A stretch of 24,000 nucleotides of DNA from Enterovibrio norvegicus (GCF_002876705.1 NZ_MDAG01000046.1:53175-77174); one strand, 5' to 3'; counted from the stretch's first letter, positions 1-10,293 are shown. Notes: generated by a model from the sequence alone, not told the origin. Program-made: numbers and translations.

Positions 1-630
1 AGGGGGAAGGCAAACCCCCGTTCCACCTATGCCACAGTAACCTCGAGGGTTCTTCTCTAAGTACTGCTGATGATAGGTTTCTGCAAAATAGTAAGGGCCT
101 GCTTCGGCGACTTCAGTGGTGATCTCTGACGATTTACCTGCATCAACCAGCGCTGCCTGGTAAGCGGCTTTGCTTGCTAACGCTGCGTCTTTTTGCGCGT
201 CATTATAGTAATAAATCGCAGAACGATACTGAGTACCCACGTCATTTCCTTGGCGCATCCCTTGCGTGGGATCATGGCTCTGCCAAAAAGTAGTCAGTAT
301 GGTTTCCAGCTGAATTTTCGCTGGATCGTAGACCACTTGTACAACCTCTGTATGACCAGTTTGCGCCGTACACACATCGCGGTAACTTGGATTTACAGTG
401 AAGCCGCCACTGTATCCGACCGACGTTGAGGTCACGCCATCGAGTTGCCAAAATAGGCGCTCAGCCCCCCAGAAACAGCCCATCCCCACAAGGATCTGTT
501 CCTGATTATCTGGCGTTTCGGCGCGCAGTACCGATCCATTGACGGCATGAGGCTCAGTCGGAATTATTTGTTCCATTCTATCTGGAAGCGCCTCTTGAGC
601 GGTTATAGTATGTTGTTTACTTGTTATCAT
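1..630 (-). CDS. msrA: Peptide-methionine (S)-S-oxide reductase MsrA; the last few codons run off the left edge of the window
   Basis: My own minus-strand translation from the ATG at 630-628 gives [70 protein letters not shown]...[13 protein letters not shown], in frame and open to base 1. It has the catalytic GCFWG motif and the conserved C-terminal YCGIGG.GVCLPP seen in E. coli MsrA. An AAGGAG Shine-Dalgarno (complement of 638-643) lies 7 nt upstream. The gene is absent from the ORF track because no stop codon lies in the window. Confidence 0.9.
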   Translation of the reverse strand, partial: MITSKQHTITAQEALPDRMEQIIPTEPHAVNGSVLRAETPDNQEQILVGMGCFWGAERLFWQLDGVTSTSVGYSGGFTVNPSYRDVCTAQTGHTEVVQVVYDPAKIQLETILTTFWQSHDPTQGMRQGNDVGTQYRSAIYYYNDAQKDAALASKAAYQAALVDAGKSSEITTEVAEAGPYYFAETYHQQYLEKNPRGYCGIGGTGVCLPP

Positions 631-848
631 ACTTCGACTCCTTGTCGTCTGGTTTCTCTCGACCCTGTATACTCTCAGTCATTCTAAGAGGCGGGCTCTT
701 AGCGCTAAACGGATTTTAGGTCGGGTTGAGCATTTTTATCGTGCTTTGATGCACTTTTGCAACAGAACAGCCCCACCGTTAAGCGGTCATACTGTTAAGT
801 ATTTTGTTTTCATTGTGACTCTCAAGGTGAGAGAAAGACGTACGGTTA

Positions 849-2573
849 ATGATAGATAAACGATTAATACCTTGGCTTGTTAGTGGAATGATGTTGATGC
901 CTGGGGTGGCTTTTGCGGACATTGACTTCGACATCGACGGGCTAAAAAAGCCTTTGGAAGAAAATGTCAGGGTTTATCTCGATGCGATTCCTGAGAATGA
1001 ACGACGTCTAAATTTCCGTTTTCAATCTCGTGTAACAGATGAAGTGAGCAGAGCACTTCAAGCCCTTGGGTACTATGATCCGACAGTGACATTTACTGTT
1101 GAAGATAAAGCGTCCAGTGATGACGCCACCGTGGTGCTCAATATAGACCCGGGTCCACCGATTTTAATTGCAGACATGGATGTAAAACTTGAAGGCGAAG
1201 CGGAAAATGACCCCGCTTTCAAAGCGTTGCTTGAATCTGCACCTAAAGTGGGCGATGTGTTAAACCAAGGGCAATACGATTCACTCAAATCATCCATTCA
1301 AAGCCTTGGCATACGACGCGGTTATTTTGACGGCGAGTACATCCTTTCTCGACTAGAAGTTGCCCCTGGCCTTCAAAAAGCGTATTTCCGATTGCATTAC
1401 AAAAGTGGTATTCGTTATCACTTTGGCCAGATCGTGTTTCACGATAGCCAAATCAATGAAGAACGCCTCGAAAGCATGTTGACCTTTACTGAGGGCGACC
1501 CTTATCTGGTCACGGATTTAGGTGCGTATAACCAAGCGCTATCGAATACAGGGTGGTTTTCGTCGGTATTGGTGGAAGCCGGGCTTGATGACATGCGTGA
1601 TGATCGCGTACCTATCTCTGTGTCACTTGCGCCAGCACCACGAAATCAATTTGAAACGGGTGTGGGTTACTCCACGGACACCGGCCCTCGTGTAAAAATT
1701 GGTTGGAAGAAGCCTTGGTTTAACAGCCGTGGGCATAGCCTGAATACCGACCTTTATGTTTCCTCACCCAAACAGACGCTTGAATCGACCTATAAGATCC
1801 CACTTGAAGATGTTCAGCGCGAATACTATCAAGTGCAAGTCGGTGCCGAGAACCTCGACAACAACGACACGAAAAGCTTGGAATTGACATCATCTGTGTC
1901 ACGCCATTGGAAATTTGACACGGGTTGGCAGCGGTCGGTGTTCCTTCGTTGGCTCTATTCGGATTACACCCAAGGGACGGATTCTGATATCTCAAACCTC
2001 ATTTTACCGGGGATTAACTTTTCCCGTGTTCGAAGCCGAGGTGGCGCAATGCCATATTGGGGTGACAAGCAATCCATTACCTTTGAAATGGCAGATCCTA
2101 TTTGGGGTGCAGACATCAATCTCTATCGCGTGATTGGGCAAACTGCGTGGATCCGTAGCTTGAATGAAAACAATCGCGGTATCGTTCGAGTTAACGGCGG
2201 CGGCGTGTTCACCGATGAATTTGAGCGTGTGCCACCGTCGTTGCGTTTCTTTGCGGGTGGTGACAACAGCATTCGTGGTTATAGCTATGAATCGATTTCT
2301 CCCAGGGATGAAAAAGGTAATTTGCTCGGTGGTAGCTACATGGCGACGGGCAGCTTGGAGTACAACTACCGTGTGACAGGAAACTGGTGGGCGGCATTGT
2401 TTGTTGATGCCGGTGATGCATGGACAACGAGCAGCCCTTCGTGGAAAACGTCGGTAGGTGTTGGTGTGCGTTGGGAATCTCCGGTTGGTCCTGTGCGCTT
2501 CGATATCGCCCACGGCTTTGAAAATGAAAGCGATGACTTTCAGCTCCACTTCAGTTTGGGGCCAGAACTATGA
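849..2573 (+). CDS. tamA: Translocation and assembly module outer-membrane subunit TamA (YtfM; Omp85/BamA family)
   Basis: This 574-aa ORF has a signal peptide, MIDKRLIPWLVSGMMLMPGVAFA. It is colinear with E. coli TamA (577 aa) as I remember it, including GVGYSTD.GPRVK..WKKPW.NS.GHSL, VPPSLRFFAGGD.SIRGY and the C-terminal GVGVRWESPVGP...GLGPEL. It lies divergent from msrA, as in E. coli. Confidence 0.9.
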   Translation: MIDKRLIPWLVSGMMLMPGVAFADIDFDIDGLKKPLEENVRVYLDAIPENERRLNFRFQSRVTDEVSRALQALGYYDPTVTFTVEDKASSDDATVVLNIDPGPPILIADMDVKLEGEAENDPAFKALLESAPKVGDVLNQGQYDSLKSSIQSLGIRRGYFDGEYILSRLEVAPGLQKAYFRLHYKSGIRYHFGQIVFHDSQINEERLESMLTFTEGDPYLVTDLGAYNQALSNTGWFSSVLVEAGLDDMRDDRVPISVSLAPAPRNQFETGVGYSTDTGPRVKIGWKKPWFNSRGHSLNTDLYVSSPKQTLESTYKIPLEDVQREYYQVQVGAENLDNNDTKSLELTSSVSRHWKFDTGWQRSVFLRWLYSDYTQGTDSDISNLILPGINFSRVRSRGGAMPYWGDKQSITFEMADPIWGADINLYRVIGQTAWIRSLNENNRGIVRVNGGGVFTDEFERVPPSLRFFAGGDNSIRGYSYESISPRDEKGNLLGGSYMATGSLEYNYRVTGNWWAALFVDAGDAWTTSSPSWKTSVGVGVRWESPVGPVRFDIAHGFENESDDFQLHFSLGPEL

Positions 2574-5500
2574 TGCGCTGGATTAAGCGATTGCTTGTCA
2601 CCGTTTTCTTCTTGATGGTGTTTGTTTTCGTCGTGGTAGGGGCGTTCTTAATTACCCCTGGCGGCGTTAAATTTGCGGTGTGGGGGGCTCAAGAAGCCTT
2701 ACCTGAATTGAGCATTGAGGATCAAGAAGGCGCAGTATTGAATGGCTTCACCTTGAAAGGGGTGTCTTACCAATCGCCGGCGTTTTCATTGACCAGTGAC
2801 TCCTTGTTCTTGGATATCAATGCAAAGTGTTTGCTGACGCCTGTGTTGTGTATTGATGGTCTAACCGCTGACGGTCTTGTCGTGACGGTGGGTGAAACAG
2901 CCCCTTCGCCAGAAGACGAAACGCCTTCAGAGCCTGTGACGGAGATATCGACGCCTGTTCCGCTCTTTTTAAGCGGCGTAGCACTGAGTGATATCACGTT
3001 GGATATTCTCGGCACAAAAGTGCATTGGGACTCCTTGACTACCGCCGCGCAAATGCAGCGCAGCACACTGACATTAAAGCCAACAACGTGGCAGGGCATC
3101 TCTGTCGTACTGCCGCCAGCGAGCAATGACACGTCAGCCAACACCTCGACATCTGCGCCACAAGCGCAAAAGCAAGCACTGGCCTTACCTGAAGTAAACA
3201 TCCCACTGAATGTCGTTATCGAGCGTTTTGAACTGAAAGATGCCGATTTACGTTTGCCCGCAAAACAGACGATCCATCAGTTCTTGCTGGAAGGCTCGGC
3301 AGGTGGAAATGACATTGCGATCAAACAATTAGTCTTGGATGCCGAACAAGGGAAAGTGTCACTCAATGGTGATGTATCACTAAAAGGTGAGTACCCACTG
3401 ACATTGGATGCGCTGGCCAAGGTGCGTATGGCACCGCTTGGTGGGCATTCGCTGAAACTTGATGCGAAGGGTGATCTCAAGGCCTTGGAGCTGGATGCCG
3501 CGTTGAAAGGTGTGTTGGCTGCAACCTTGTCAGGCAAGCTGAATGTGATTGACCCTGATATTCCTTTTTCCCTGTTACTCACGAGCCGTAATCTGCAATG
3601 GCCTATTGATAAGCCTGCGGAATACCGTCTGTCATCAACGGCACTACGCGCCAATGGCAGCTTGGCGGATTATCGCGCTACGCTAAAAACCAGCGCCACT
3701 GGGGATGTCATTCCTGACATGACGCTCAGCACGAATCTCTCGGGCAGTTTGTCGAAGATCGCGTTAAGCAACTTTAAACTCGATACCTTGGGCGGCAACA
3801 TTGCAGGCTCTGCAAACGCGGATTGGGCAAAACAGGTGAACTGGCAGACAGCACTCAGTTTCAATGATATTCAGCCGGGGCTGAAATGGCCTGAAGCTGA
3901 AGGGCGGTTGTCTGGCACCTTCACGAATAAAGGGCGCTTAACGTCGCAAGGTGGCTGGCTAGTCGAAGTCCCAGAGCTTGATATTCAGGGCACTATCCGT
4001 GAGCAAGCACTCACATTGATAGGGCAAGTTGATGCGTCTGACGTGAAAGGCAAAGGCGATTTGTTGGTGGAAACCCAAGGGTTGTCATTGCGCCATGGGC
4101 CAAACCGCGTTGATGTCTCAGGGCAAATAGACAAAGCACTCGATCTCGATGTGTTGCTGGATTTACCGTCTCTTTCTGCGTCGCTACCACAGGCGAAAGG
4201 CAGTGTTAAAGGGGAGGTCGCGTTATCTGGCACCTTGGACGCGCCAACGGCGTCTGTGAACCTCAATGCGTCTACTTTGGCGTGGGAAGAATTGGTGTCG
4301 GTACAGAGCGTCAAAATGCGCGGCTCCGTGTCTCCATTGCCTATTGTAAGTGGCGGTCTTGTGGTTGATGTTGCTGGAGTGAAAGCGGAAGGCGTGGATG
4401 TTTCAACGCTGTCGTTACGCGCTTCTGGCGATGAAAGCGACCAAACTGTGTCGCTCAACGTTGATGGCACTCCTGTGGGCGTCGAACTGGCTCTGCAAGG
4501 GCAGTTAGATCGTAAAACGGGTTGGAAAGGAAAATTATACGCATCCAAACTGACCACACCGGTTGGCCCTTGGACATTGGAAAACGACGTGCCGTTGGCG
4601 GTGGATTTTAAAACATCGTCGGTGGATGTTGGCGCGTTTTGTTGGACGCAGCACCAAAGCCGCGTTTGCTTAGACAAACCTGCCAAGGTTGCGGATAGCG
4701 GCGAGGCAAGTGTGTCTATCGTTGATTTCAATTTGGATATTTTACAGGCCTACTTACCAGTGACCACCATGATCCAAGGTGAACTTGATGCGAAAGCCGA
4801 TGTGGGTTGGACACCAAATGCATTGCCGACAGTGAATGCATTAGTGTCTCTCTCTAAAGGCCAGGTTGTCGAACAAATGGATCTGCCTTTAACGTTCGGT
4901 TGGGACAAACTCGATCTGAATGCGGTATTGGCTAACGAAAAATTGAATGCGGATTTCGACCTGGATTTAACCAACAACGGCTCGGTGACACTGAACGCTG
5001 AAATGACCAAACTCTCGAGTGAGAATCGCGCGTTGAAAAGTGCTTTCTTGCTAGAGGGCGTGAACCTTGATTTCCTCTCTGCTGCGCTCGGTGAAGATTC
5101 CATCTTGAAAGGAGAGCTAAACGGTAACGTTGTGCTCAATGGTGCACTTGATGCCCCCAGTGCCACCGGTAACATTGATCTTACTGGGTTGAAGTTACAA
5201 AGCTTGGCGGCACCTGTTGAGATCACTCAGGGTCAAATTGGTATCGACCTAAAAGGTTATAAAGGCCAGTTAGACGGTGGCATTAAAACCCCTGATGGTG
5301 ATCTTACGCTGTCAGGTACTGCCGATTGGACGAAATTAGATGCGTGGCTTGCCTCTCTGAATGTCGCGGGTGAGCGACTAAAAGTGGTGGTGCCGCCAAT
5401 GGTGGCGCTGGAAGTTAGCCCCAACATGACGTTGAAAGCGAACCCGAAACGAATTGATGTGACCGGAAAAGTCTCAGTGCCTTGGGGACGCATCATTGTT

Positions 5501-6304
5501 GAAACCCTGCCAGAATCTGCGGTGCAAGTTTCTAGCGACGTAGTGCTTTTGAATGATGAACTTCAGCCGATTAGCAAAGAGGAAGCATCGCCCATCACGA
5601 TCAACGCCGCGATCAACGTCAATATAGGCGACGATGTGCGATTAGAAGCCTTTGGTTTGAAAACCTTGCTGGTGGGTGATCTGAATGTGGCGAGTAATCG
5701 CAAAGGGCCGTCGGTGTCGGGTGATATCAACCTAGAAGAAGGGACATACCGCTCCTTTGGGCAGGATTTGACCATCAAAAAGGGGCAGATCTTGTTTAAT
5801 GGGCCGCCAGAACAGCCCTATTTGCAGATTGAAGCGATCCGAAACCCGAACGCGATTGAAGATAACGTCGAAGCGGGCATTCGTGTCACGGGCCCAGCTG
5901 ATGCACCAGAGGTGTCGGTGTTCTCCGATCCTGCAATGCCACAGGCAAATGCATTGTCTTATTTGGTGCGAGGTCGAAATCTCGATAGCGAATCTGATGG
6001 CAATGGCATGACATCCATGTTGATCGGCCTTGGCCTATCGCAAAGCGGTAAGCTGGTTGGGCAGCTTGGTGAGGCCTTTGGTGTTCAAGATTTGTCGGTG
6101 GATACATCAGGCAGCGGTGATGATGAAAAAGTGGAAGTCTCTGGCTATATTTTACCTGGCTTACAGGTGAAATACGGTGTGGGGATCTTCACGAGTTTGC
6201 CGGAGTTTACGGTGCGGTATCGCTTGCTGACAGATCTGTATCTGGAAGCGGTATCGGGTGCTGACAATGCTGTGGATTTGCTCTATCAGTTCAGCATTAA
6301 GTAG
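2570..6304 (+). CDS. tamB: Translocation and assembly module inner-membrane-anchored subunit TamB (YtfN)
   Basis: This 1244-aa ORF has an N-terminal membrane anchor (LLVTVFFLMVFVFVVVGAFLI) and a long beta-rich repetitive body. Its C-terminus is DUF490-like (GIRVTGPADAPEVSVFSDPAMPQANALSYLV.G...VSGYILPGLQVKYGVG). The start overlaps the tamA stop as ATGA (2570-2573), which implies translational coupling. Size and position match E. coli ytfN. Confidence 0.9.
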   Translation: MMRWIKRLLVTVFFLMVFVFVVVGAFLITPGGVKFAVWGAQEALPELSIEDQEGAVLNGFTLKGVSYQSPAFSLTSDSLFLDINAKCLLTPVLCIDGLTADGLVVTVGETAPSPEDETPSEPVTEISTPVPLFLSGVALSDITLDILGTKVHWDSLTTAAQMQRSTLTLKPTTWQGISVVLPPASNDTSANTSTSAPQAQKQALALPEVNIPLNVVIERFELKDADLRLPAKQTIHQFLLEGSAGGNDIAIKQLVLDAEQGKVSLNGDVSLKGEYPLTLDALAKVRMAPLGGHSLKLDAKGDLKALELDAALKGVLAATLSGKLNVIDPDIPFSLLLTSRNLQWPIDKPAEYRLSSTALRANGSLADYRATLKTSATGDVIPDMTLSTNLSGSLSKIALSNFKLDTLGGNIAGSANADWAKQVNWQTALSFNDIQPGLKWPEAEGRLSGTFTNKGRLTSQGGWLVEVPELDIQGTIREQALTLIGQVDASDVKGKGDLLVETQGLSLRHGPNRVDVSGQIDKALDLDVLLDLPSLSASLPQAKGSVKGEVALSGTLDAPTASVNLNASTLAWEELVSVQSVKMRGSVSPLPIVSGGLVVDVAGVKAEGVDVSTLSLRASGDESDQTVSLNVDGTPVGVELALQGQLDRKTGWKGKLYASKLTTPVGPWTLENDVPLAVDFKTSSVDVGAFCWTQHQSRVCLDKPAKVADSGEASVSIVDFNLDILQAYLPVTTMIQGELDAKADVGWTPNALPTVNALVSLSKGQVVEQMDLPLTFGWDKLDLNAVLANEKLNADFDLDLTNNGSVTLNAEMTKLSSENRALKSAFLLEGVNLDFLSAALGEDSILKGELNGNVVLNGALDAPSATGNIDLTGLKLQSLAAPVEITQGQIGIDLKGYKGQLDGGIKTPDGDLTLSGTADWTKLDAWLASLNVAGERLKVVVPPMVALEVSPNMTLKANPKRIDVTGKVSVPWGRIIVETLPESAVQVSSDVVLLNDELQPISKEEASPITINAAINVNIGDDVRLEAFGLKTLLVGDLNVASNRKGPSVSGDINLEEGTYRSFGQDLTIKKGQILFNGPPEQPYLQIEAIRNPNAIEDNVEAGIRVTGPADAPEVSVFSDPAMPQANALSYLVRGRNLDSESDGNGMTSMLIGLGLSQSGKLVGQLGEAFGVQDLSVDTSGSGDDEKVEVSGYILPGLQVKYGVGIFTSLPEFTVRYRLLTDLYLEAVSGADNAVDLLYQFSIK

Positions 6305-6342
6305 CGACCAACTCGAACAGTAGTGTCAGTTTTGCACATAAG

Positions 6343-6369
6343 AAAAAGCCCGCAGTTGCGGGCTTTTTT
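6343..6369. terminator. Bidirectional Rho-independent terminator shared by convergent tamB and fbp
   Basis: The stem AAGCCCGC (6346-6353) pairs with GCGGGCTT (6358-6365) around the loop AGTT. An A-run lies on the left and a T-run (6364-6369) on the right. It sits between the tamB stop (6304) and the fbp stop (6375). Confidence 0.75.
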
Positions 6370-6374
6370 GTGTC

Positions 6375-7391
6375 TTATTCTTGGTCAGGGCTGTCCCTTA
6401 AAAACGCTTCCACTTTGTCTACCATATGCGTAGATCCAACAAAGTAGGGCACGCGCTGATGGAGTTCTGTCGGTTTGATATCAAGGATGCGCTGCTTACC
6501 GTCGGAGGCTTTGCCGCCGGCTTGCTCCATGATGAACGACATTGGGTTGCACTCATACAGTAAGCGCAGCTTGCCGCTTGGGTAGGCCGCTGTACTTGGG
6601 TAGAGGTAGATGCCGCCTTTCAGCATATTTCGGTGGAAATCCGAAACCAAAGAACCGATGTAGCGCGATGTGTATGGGCGATTATCTTCCGGTTCATTTT
6701 CTTGGCAGTATTTGAGGTACTTCTTCACACCCTGTGGGAATTTGATGTAGTTACCTTCGTTGATCGAGTAGATCGTGCCTTCTTCTGGGATGCGCATGTT
6801 TTCATGCGACAAACAGAACACACCGATTGATGGATCGTACGTAAAACCATGTACACCGTTCCCCGTGGTGTAAACCAACATGGTGGAAGAACCATAAATG
6901 ATATAGCCCGCAGCCACTTGTTTGTTGCCAGGTTGAAGGAAGTCGTCAAGATTGGCGGGTTGGCCGAGAGGGGAGATACGGCGGTAGATGGAGAAAATCG
7001 TACCGACAGAGACGTTCACATCAATGTTTGATGAACCATCGAGAGGATCCATCAAAATGACGTATTTGGCATTCAGTCCATGGGCTTCGTCAAAGATGAC
7101 AACATCGTCTTCTTCTTCACTGCCGACGCCACACACTTGGTCGCGAGCAGCCATGGCGGCTTTGAATTTTTCATTGGCATAGACGTCGAGTTTTTGTTGT
7201 TGTTCGCCTTGCACATTTTCACTGCCGAACCCACCGGTAATATCAACCAAGCCTGCTTTGTTGATTTCACGGTGAACGATTTTTGCGGCTAAACGGATGG
7301 AAGACAGCAACGAGCTCAATTCGCCACTGGCAGTTGGGTATTCATGTTGCTTTTCAACGATGAACTCGCCAAGTGTTCGCATATCGGACAT
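6375..7391 (-). CDS. fbp: Fructose-1,6-bisphosphatase, class 1
   Basis: The track ORF runs 6375..7583, but homology begins at the internal Met at 7391: [48 protein letters not shown]. This closely parallels the E. coli Fbp N-terminus ([15 protein letters not shown]...). That start gives 338 aa, the typical class-1 length, with AAGGAT upstream. The extra 64 upstream codons have no FBPase counterpart. Confidence 0.93.
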   Translation of the reverse strand: MSDMRTLGEFIVEKQHEYPTASGELSSLLSSIRLAAKIVHREINKAGLVDITGGFGSENVQGEQQQKLDVYANEKFKAAMAARDQVCGVGSEEEDDVVIFDEAHGLNAKYVILMDPLDGSSNIDVNVSVGTIFSIYRRISPLGQPANLDDFLQPGNKQVAAGYIIYGSSTMLVYTTGNGVHGFTYDPSIGVFCLSHENMRIPEEGTIYSINEGNYIKFPQGVKKYLKYCQENEPEDNRPYTSRYIGSLVSDFHRNMLKGGIYLYPSTAAYPSGKLRLLYECNPMSFIMEQAGGKASDGKQRILDIKPTELHQRVPYFVGSTHMVDKVEAFLRDSPDQE

Positions 7392-7707
7392 TTCAGATCC
7401 TTTTGATGTCTGGAATCGGATTCTTGGGTAAGATGATTGAAAACAAGAAGGTGCATTTAGCAAGCGACAAACAAAAATCGCACCAGTGTTCTCCCGTTGA
7501 TTTATTCTTTTCAATGTAGACATAAGACGGGTGGCAAAGAGAAAAGCCCCCAAGAATTGCGCAACATCTGAACAATAAATCAACTTGTTACCGAGTTTAA
7601 AGTGTAGAACTTTTTATTAGTAACGAAGTAATTTGAACGAGCTTGGAACTGTGATCGCAGCGCGGTACACGCCAAGATAAAGTGACTTTCAAGGCTGACG
7701 AAACGTT

Positions 7708-9096
7708 ATGCATATACATATTTTAGGGATTTGTGGCACCTTCATGGGTGGCGCAGCCATCTTAGCCCGACAACTGGGCCATAAAGTCACAGGCTGTGAC
7801 GCCAACGTGTACCCGCCAATGAGCACATTGCTTGAATCTCAAGGGATCGAGATCATTCAAGGTTACGATCCTGTCCAGCTTGATCCCGCGCCCGATCTTG
7901 TTGTTGTCGGTAATGCGATGAGCCGCGGTAATCCATGTGTCGAATATGTCCTCGATAAGAATCTGAATTACACGTCGGGTCCGCAGTGGCTGCTTGAATT
8001 TTTGCTTAAAGATCGTTGGGTGCTTGCCGTTGCGGGAACGCACGGCAAAACCACCACAGCGAGCATGTTAGCGTGGGTGCTGGAAGATTGCGGCTACCAG
8101 CCAGGTTTTTTGATTGGCGGTGTACCCGGTAATTTCGGTGTGTCAGCACGCTTGGGTGAAAGCATGTTCTTCGTGGTGGAAGCGGACGAGTATGACAGTG
8201 CCTTTTTCGATAAACGATCGAAGTTCGTTCACTACCACCCACGCACCTTGATTTTGAATAACTTAGAATTCGATCATGCTGACATTTTTGACGATCTTGC
8301 TGCGATAAAACGTCAATTCCACCATTTGGTGCGTACCGTTCCAAGTCTTGGTCGCATCATTGCCCCTGCAGAAGATGTGAACGTAAAAGACACCTTGGAC
8401 ATGGGATGCTGGAGCGAGCTTGAATTTGCCGGTGACGATGGCTTATGGAAAGCCGAGAAGCGTGTTGCTGATGGCAGTGAGTTTGATGTGTGGTTTGACG
8501 GCGAACGTGTTGGTACGGTCAAGTGGGACTTGATTGGCGATCATAACGTGAGCAACGCGCTAATGACCATTGCCGCCGCGCGACATGTGGGTGTCACGCC
8601 AGATTTGGCTTGTGAATCGCTCGGATCTTTCATCAACACCAAACGCCGTCTTGAGCACAAAGGTGATTTCGCGGGCGTGACTGTGTATGACGATTTTGCG
8701 CATCACCCAACCGCCATCAAAACCACATTGGAAGGCTTGCGAGCGAAAGTGGGTGAGCGACGTATTCATGCGATCCTAGAACCAAGATCCAACACCATGA
8801 AGCTTGGCGTACATAAAGATGATATTGCCCCGTCTTTGGACAGTGCTGACACTGTGACGTTGTTCCAACCTGACCACATCAAATGGTCGGTGAAAGAGGT
8901 TGCTGATGCGTGTAAAGCGCCGTCTGAGTGCTTTGATGACATTGATGCTCTCGTCGCTTCCATTGCGACAAATGTGAATAGCGACGACGTGGTATTGGTC
9001 ATGAGTAACGGTGGTTTTGGCGGTATCCATGACAAACTTAAAGCAGCGTTAGAAAACAGAACTTCAAACCGTGACACGTTGGAGGCGCATGGTTAA
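7708..9096 (+). CDS. mpl: UDP-N-acetylmuramate:L-alanyl-gamma-D-glutamyl-meso-diaminopimelate ligase (murein peptide ligase)
   Basis: The 462-aa product has an N-terminus, [54 protein letters not shown], that is nearly colinear with E. coli Mpl. It has the Mur-ligase P-loop GTHGKTTT. It lies divergent from fbp, as in E. coli. Confidence 0.93.
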   Translation: MHIHILGICGTFMGGAAILARQLGHKVTGCDANVYPPMSTLLESQGIEIIQGYDPVQLDPAPDLVVVGNAMSRGNPCVEYVLDKNLNYTSGPQWLLEFLLKDRWVLAVAGTHGKTTTASMLAWVLEDCGYQPGFLIGGVPGNFGVSARLGESMFFVVEADEYDSAFFDKRSKFVHYHPRTLILNNLEFDHADIFDDLAAIKRQFHHLVRTVPSLGRIIAPAEDVNVKDTLDMGCWSELEFAGDDGLWKAEKRVADGSEFDVWFDGERVGTVKWDLIGDHNVSNALMTIAAARHVGVTPDLACESLGSFINTKRRLEHKGDFAGVTVYDDFAHHPTAIKTTLEGLRAKVGERRIHAILEPRSNTMKLGVHKDDIAPSLDSADTVTLFQPDHIKWSVKEVADACKAPSECFDDIDALVASIATNVNSDDVVLVMSNGGFGGIHDKLKAALENRTSNRDTLEAHG

Positions 9097-9721
9097 TTCG
9101 GCGAAAAACGACAAACGCATCACGCTGGCGTGGAGCGGAGCATCCGGCGCGCCTTACGGTATTCGCTTGTTGGAATGTTTGTTGGCAGCAGACTACGAGG
9201 TCTATCTGCTGATTTCATCTGCGGCGCGTGTCGTACTAGCAACGGAGCATGGTTTAAAGCTGCCATCAGGCCCTGATGCCGCAAAGGAGGCGCTGACAAA
9301 GCACCTTACGGTATCGACGGATAAGTTGAATGTGTGTGGCAAGGAGGATTGGTTTTCTCCTGTCGCGTCTGGCTCGGCTGCGCCAAAGCAGATGGTTGTG
9401 TGTCCATGCTCTGCGGGCTCACTTGCTGCGATTGCTCATGGTATGTCGGATAACTTGGCTGAACGTGCTGCGGATGTGGTGCTAAAAGAGCGAGGCCAAT
9501 TGTTATTGGTTGTCCGTGAAACACCGTTTTCGACCTTGCATTTAGAAAACATGCTTAAGCTGTCAAAGATGGGTGTCACCATCATGCCGGCTGCGCCAGG
9601 GTTTTATCATCAACCTCAGACGATCGAAGATTTGGTCGATTTCATGGTTGCACGTATTTTGGATCATCTCGGTGTAGAGCAAGGCTTAGTGCCGCGCTGG
9701 GGATATGATCAACGGTCATGA
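9089..9721 (+). CDS. ubiX: Flavin prenyltransferase UbiX (prenyl-FMN synthase)
   Basis: Family blocks are present: [51 protein letters not shown] and [18 protein letters not shown] chose the ATG at 9089, preceded by GGAGG at 9081-9085, though the 3-nt spacing is short. The track ORF starts at a GTG at 9071, so the start is uncertain by 6 codons. The ATG start overlaps the mpl stop by 8 nt. Confidence 0.85.
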   Translation: MVNSAKNDKRITLAWSGASGAPYGIRLLECLLAADYEVYLLISSAARVVLATEHGLKLPSGPDAAKEALTKHLTVSTDKLNVCGKEDWFSPVASGSAAPKQMVVCPCSAGSLAAIAHGMSDNLAERAADVVLKERGQLLLVVRETPFSTLHLENMLKLSKMGVTIMPAAPGFYHQPQTIEDLVDFMVARILDHLGVEQGLVPRWGYDQRS

Positions 9722-9744
9722 GAGTGATTGATCGTTTTCCAAAT

Positions 9745-9775
9745 AAAAAGGGACGGTAGATACCGTCCCTTTTTT
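9745..9775. terminator. Bidirectional Rho-independent terminator between convergent ubiX and usp
   Basis: AAAGGGACGG (9747-9756) pairs perfectly with CCGTCCCTTT (9763-9772) around the loop TAGATA. The T-run extends to 9775 and an A-run lies on the left flank. Confidence 0.75.
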
Positions 9776-9797
9776 CATGCTAGTGATACCAAAGTCA

Positions 9798-10238
9798 TCA
9801 GTTTTGCTGAGGCTTCAAAATCAATACGTTGACTTTAGATTGCTCAAGCACTTTGGTGGCAACAGAGCCGATAAGTAGCTTGTTGGCACGAGAGCGCTTG
9901 TGGCTTGGCATGACAATCAAATCACAGCCAAGACGCTCTGCTGATTTCACGATCACTTTATAAGGCTTGCCTTCTGATACAGAGTAATCGTAGGCAATGC
10001 CTTCAGGGATCATACGCTTGGCAAATGCTTTAAGGCTGGATTGAACATCTTGCTTCATTTTGAGCGCAGCATCTTCGGGAAAGTATGATGCGACCATGGA
10101 GTTATGAATACCGGGCAATGCGGTCAGTAAGTGCAAGGTTGCCCCTGTTTGTCCTGCTAACCAAACGGCATGCTCAACGGCTTTGTCACCGAAGTGCTCA
10201 TCATTCAAATCGACCGGGACCAGAATGTGCTTATACAT
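9798..10238 (-). CDS. Universal stress protein (UspA/Usp family, single domain)
   Basis: The 146-aa product shows typical Usp architecture: MYKHILVPVDLND at the N-terminus and CDLIVMPSHKRS....LLIGSVATKVLEQSKVNVLILK at the C-terminus. It lies 55 nt downstream of the TRAP permease on the same strand, with no terminator between, so the two are probably co-transcribed. Confidence 0.85.
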   Translation of the reverse strand: MYKHILVPVDLNDEHFGDKAVEHAVWLAGQTGATLHLLTALPGIHNSMVASYFPEDAALKMKQDVQSSLKAFAKRMIPEGIAYDYSVSEGKPYKVIVKSAERLGCDLIVMPSHKRSRANKLLIGSVATKVLEQSKVNVLILKPQQN

Positions 10239-10269
10239 GGATTACACTCTCTTCGTTAAAGTAATCCGG

Positions 10270-10286
10270 CGGGGCGCAAGGCCCCG
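10270..10286 (-). other. GC-rich intercistronic hairpin between the TRAP permease and usp
   Basis: CGGGGC (10270-10275) pairs with GCCCCG (10281-10286) around a 5-nt loop, with imperfect extension to 10267-10290. No U-run follows on the minus strand, so it is not a canonical terminator. It may be an mRNA stability or processing element. Confidence 0.4.
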
Positions 10287-10293
10287 ACCGTTG

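Noticed and set aside
2767-6107. Series of long minus-strand ORFs inside tamB (for example 3985..4731 at 248 aa, 4750..5226 at 158 aa and 2767..3201 at 144 aa)
   Set aside because: These are antisense shadow ORFs of a long, confidently identified gene. They are Ser/Thr/Ala/Pro-rich and low in complexity, have no ribosome-binding sites, and recall no family motifs.
7392-7583. 64-codon N-terminal extension of the fbp ORF in the six-frame track (ORF 6375..7583)
   Set aside because: Similarity to class-1 FBPases starts exactly at the Met at 7391 ([17 protein letters not shown]...), which has a Shine-Dalgarno. The extension has no FBPase counterpart and lies in the divergent fbp/mpl promoter region.
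7680-7689. The 10-mer AAGTGACTTT upstream of mpl also occurs in the left arm of the 17738-17788 palindrome, which could suggest a dispersed repeat
   Set aside because: A single shared 10-mer is expected many times by chance in 24 kb read on both strands. The flanking bases diverge immediately.
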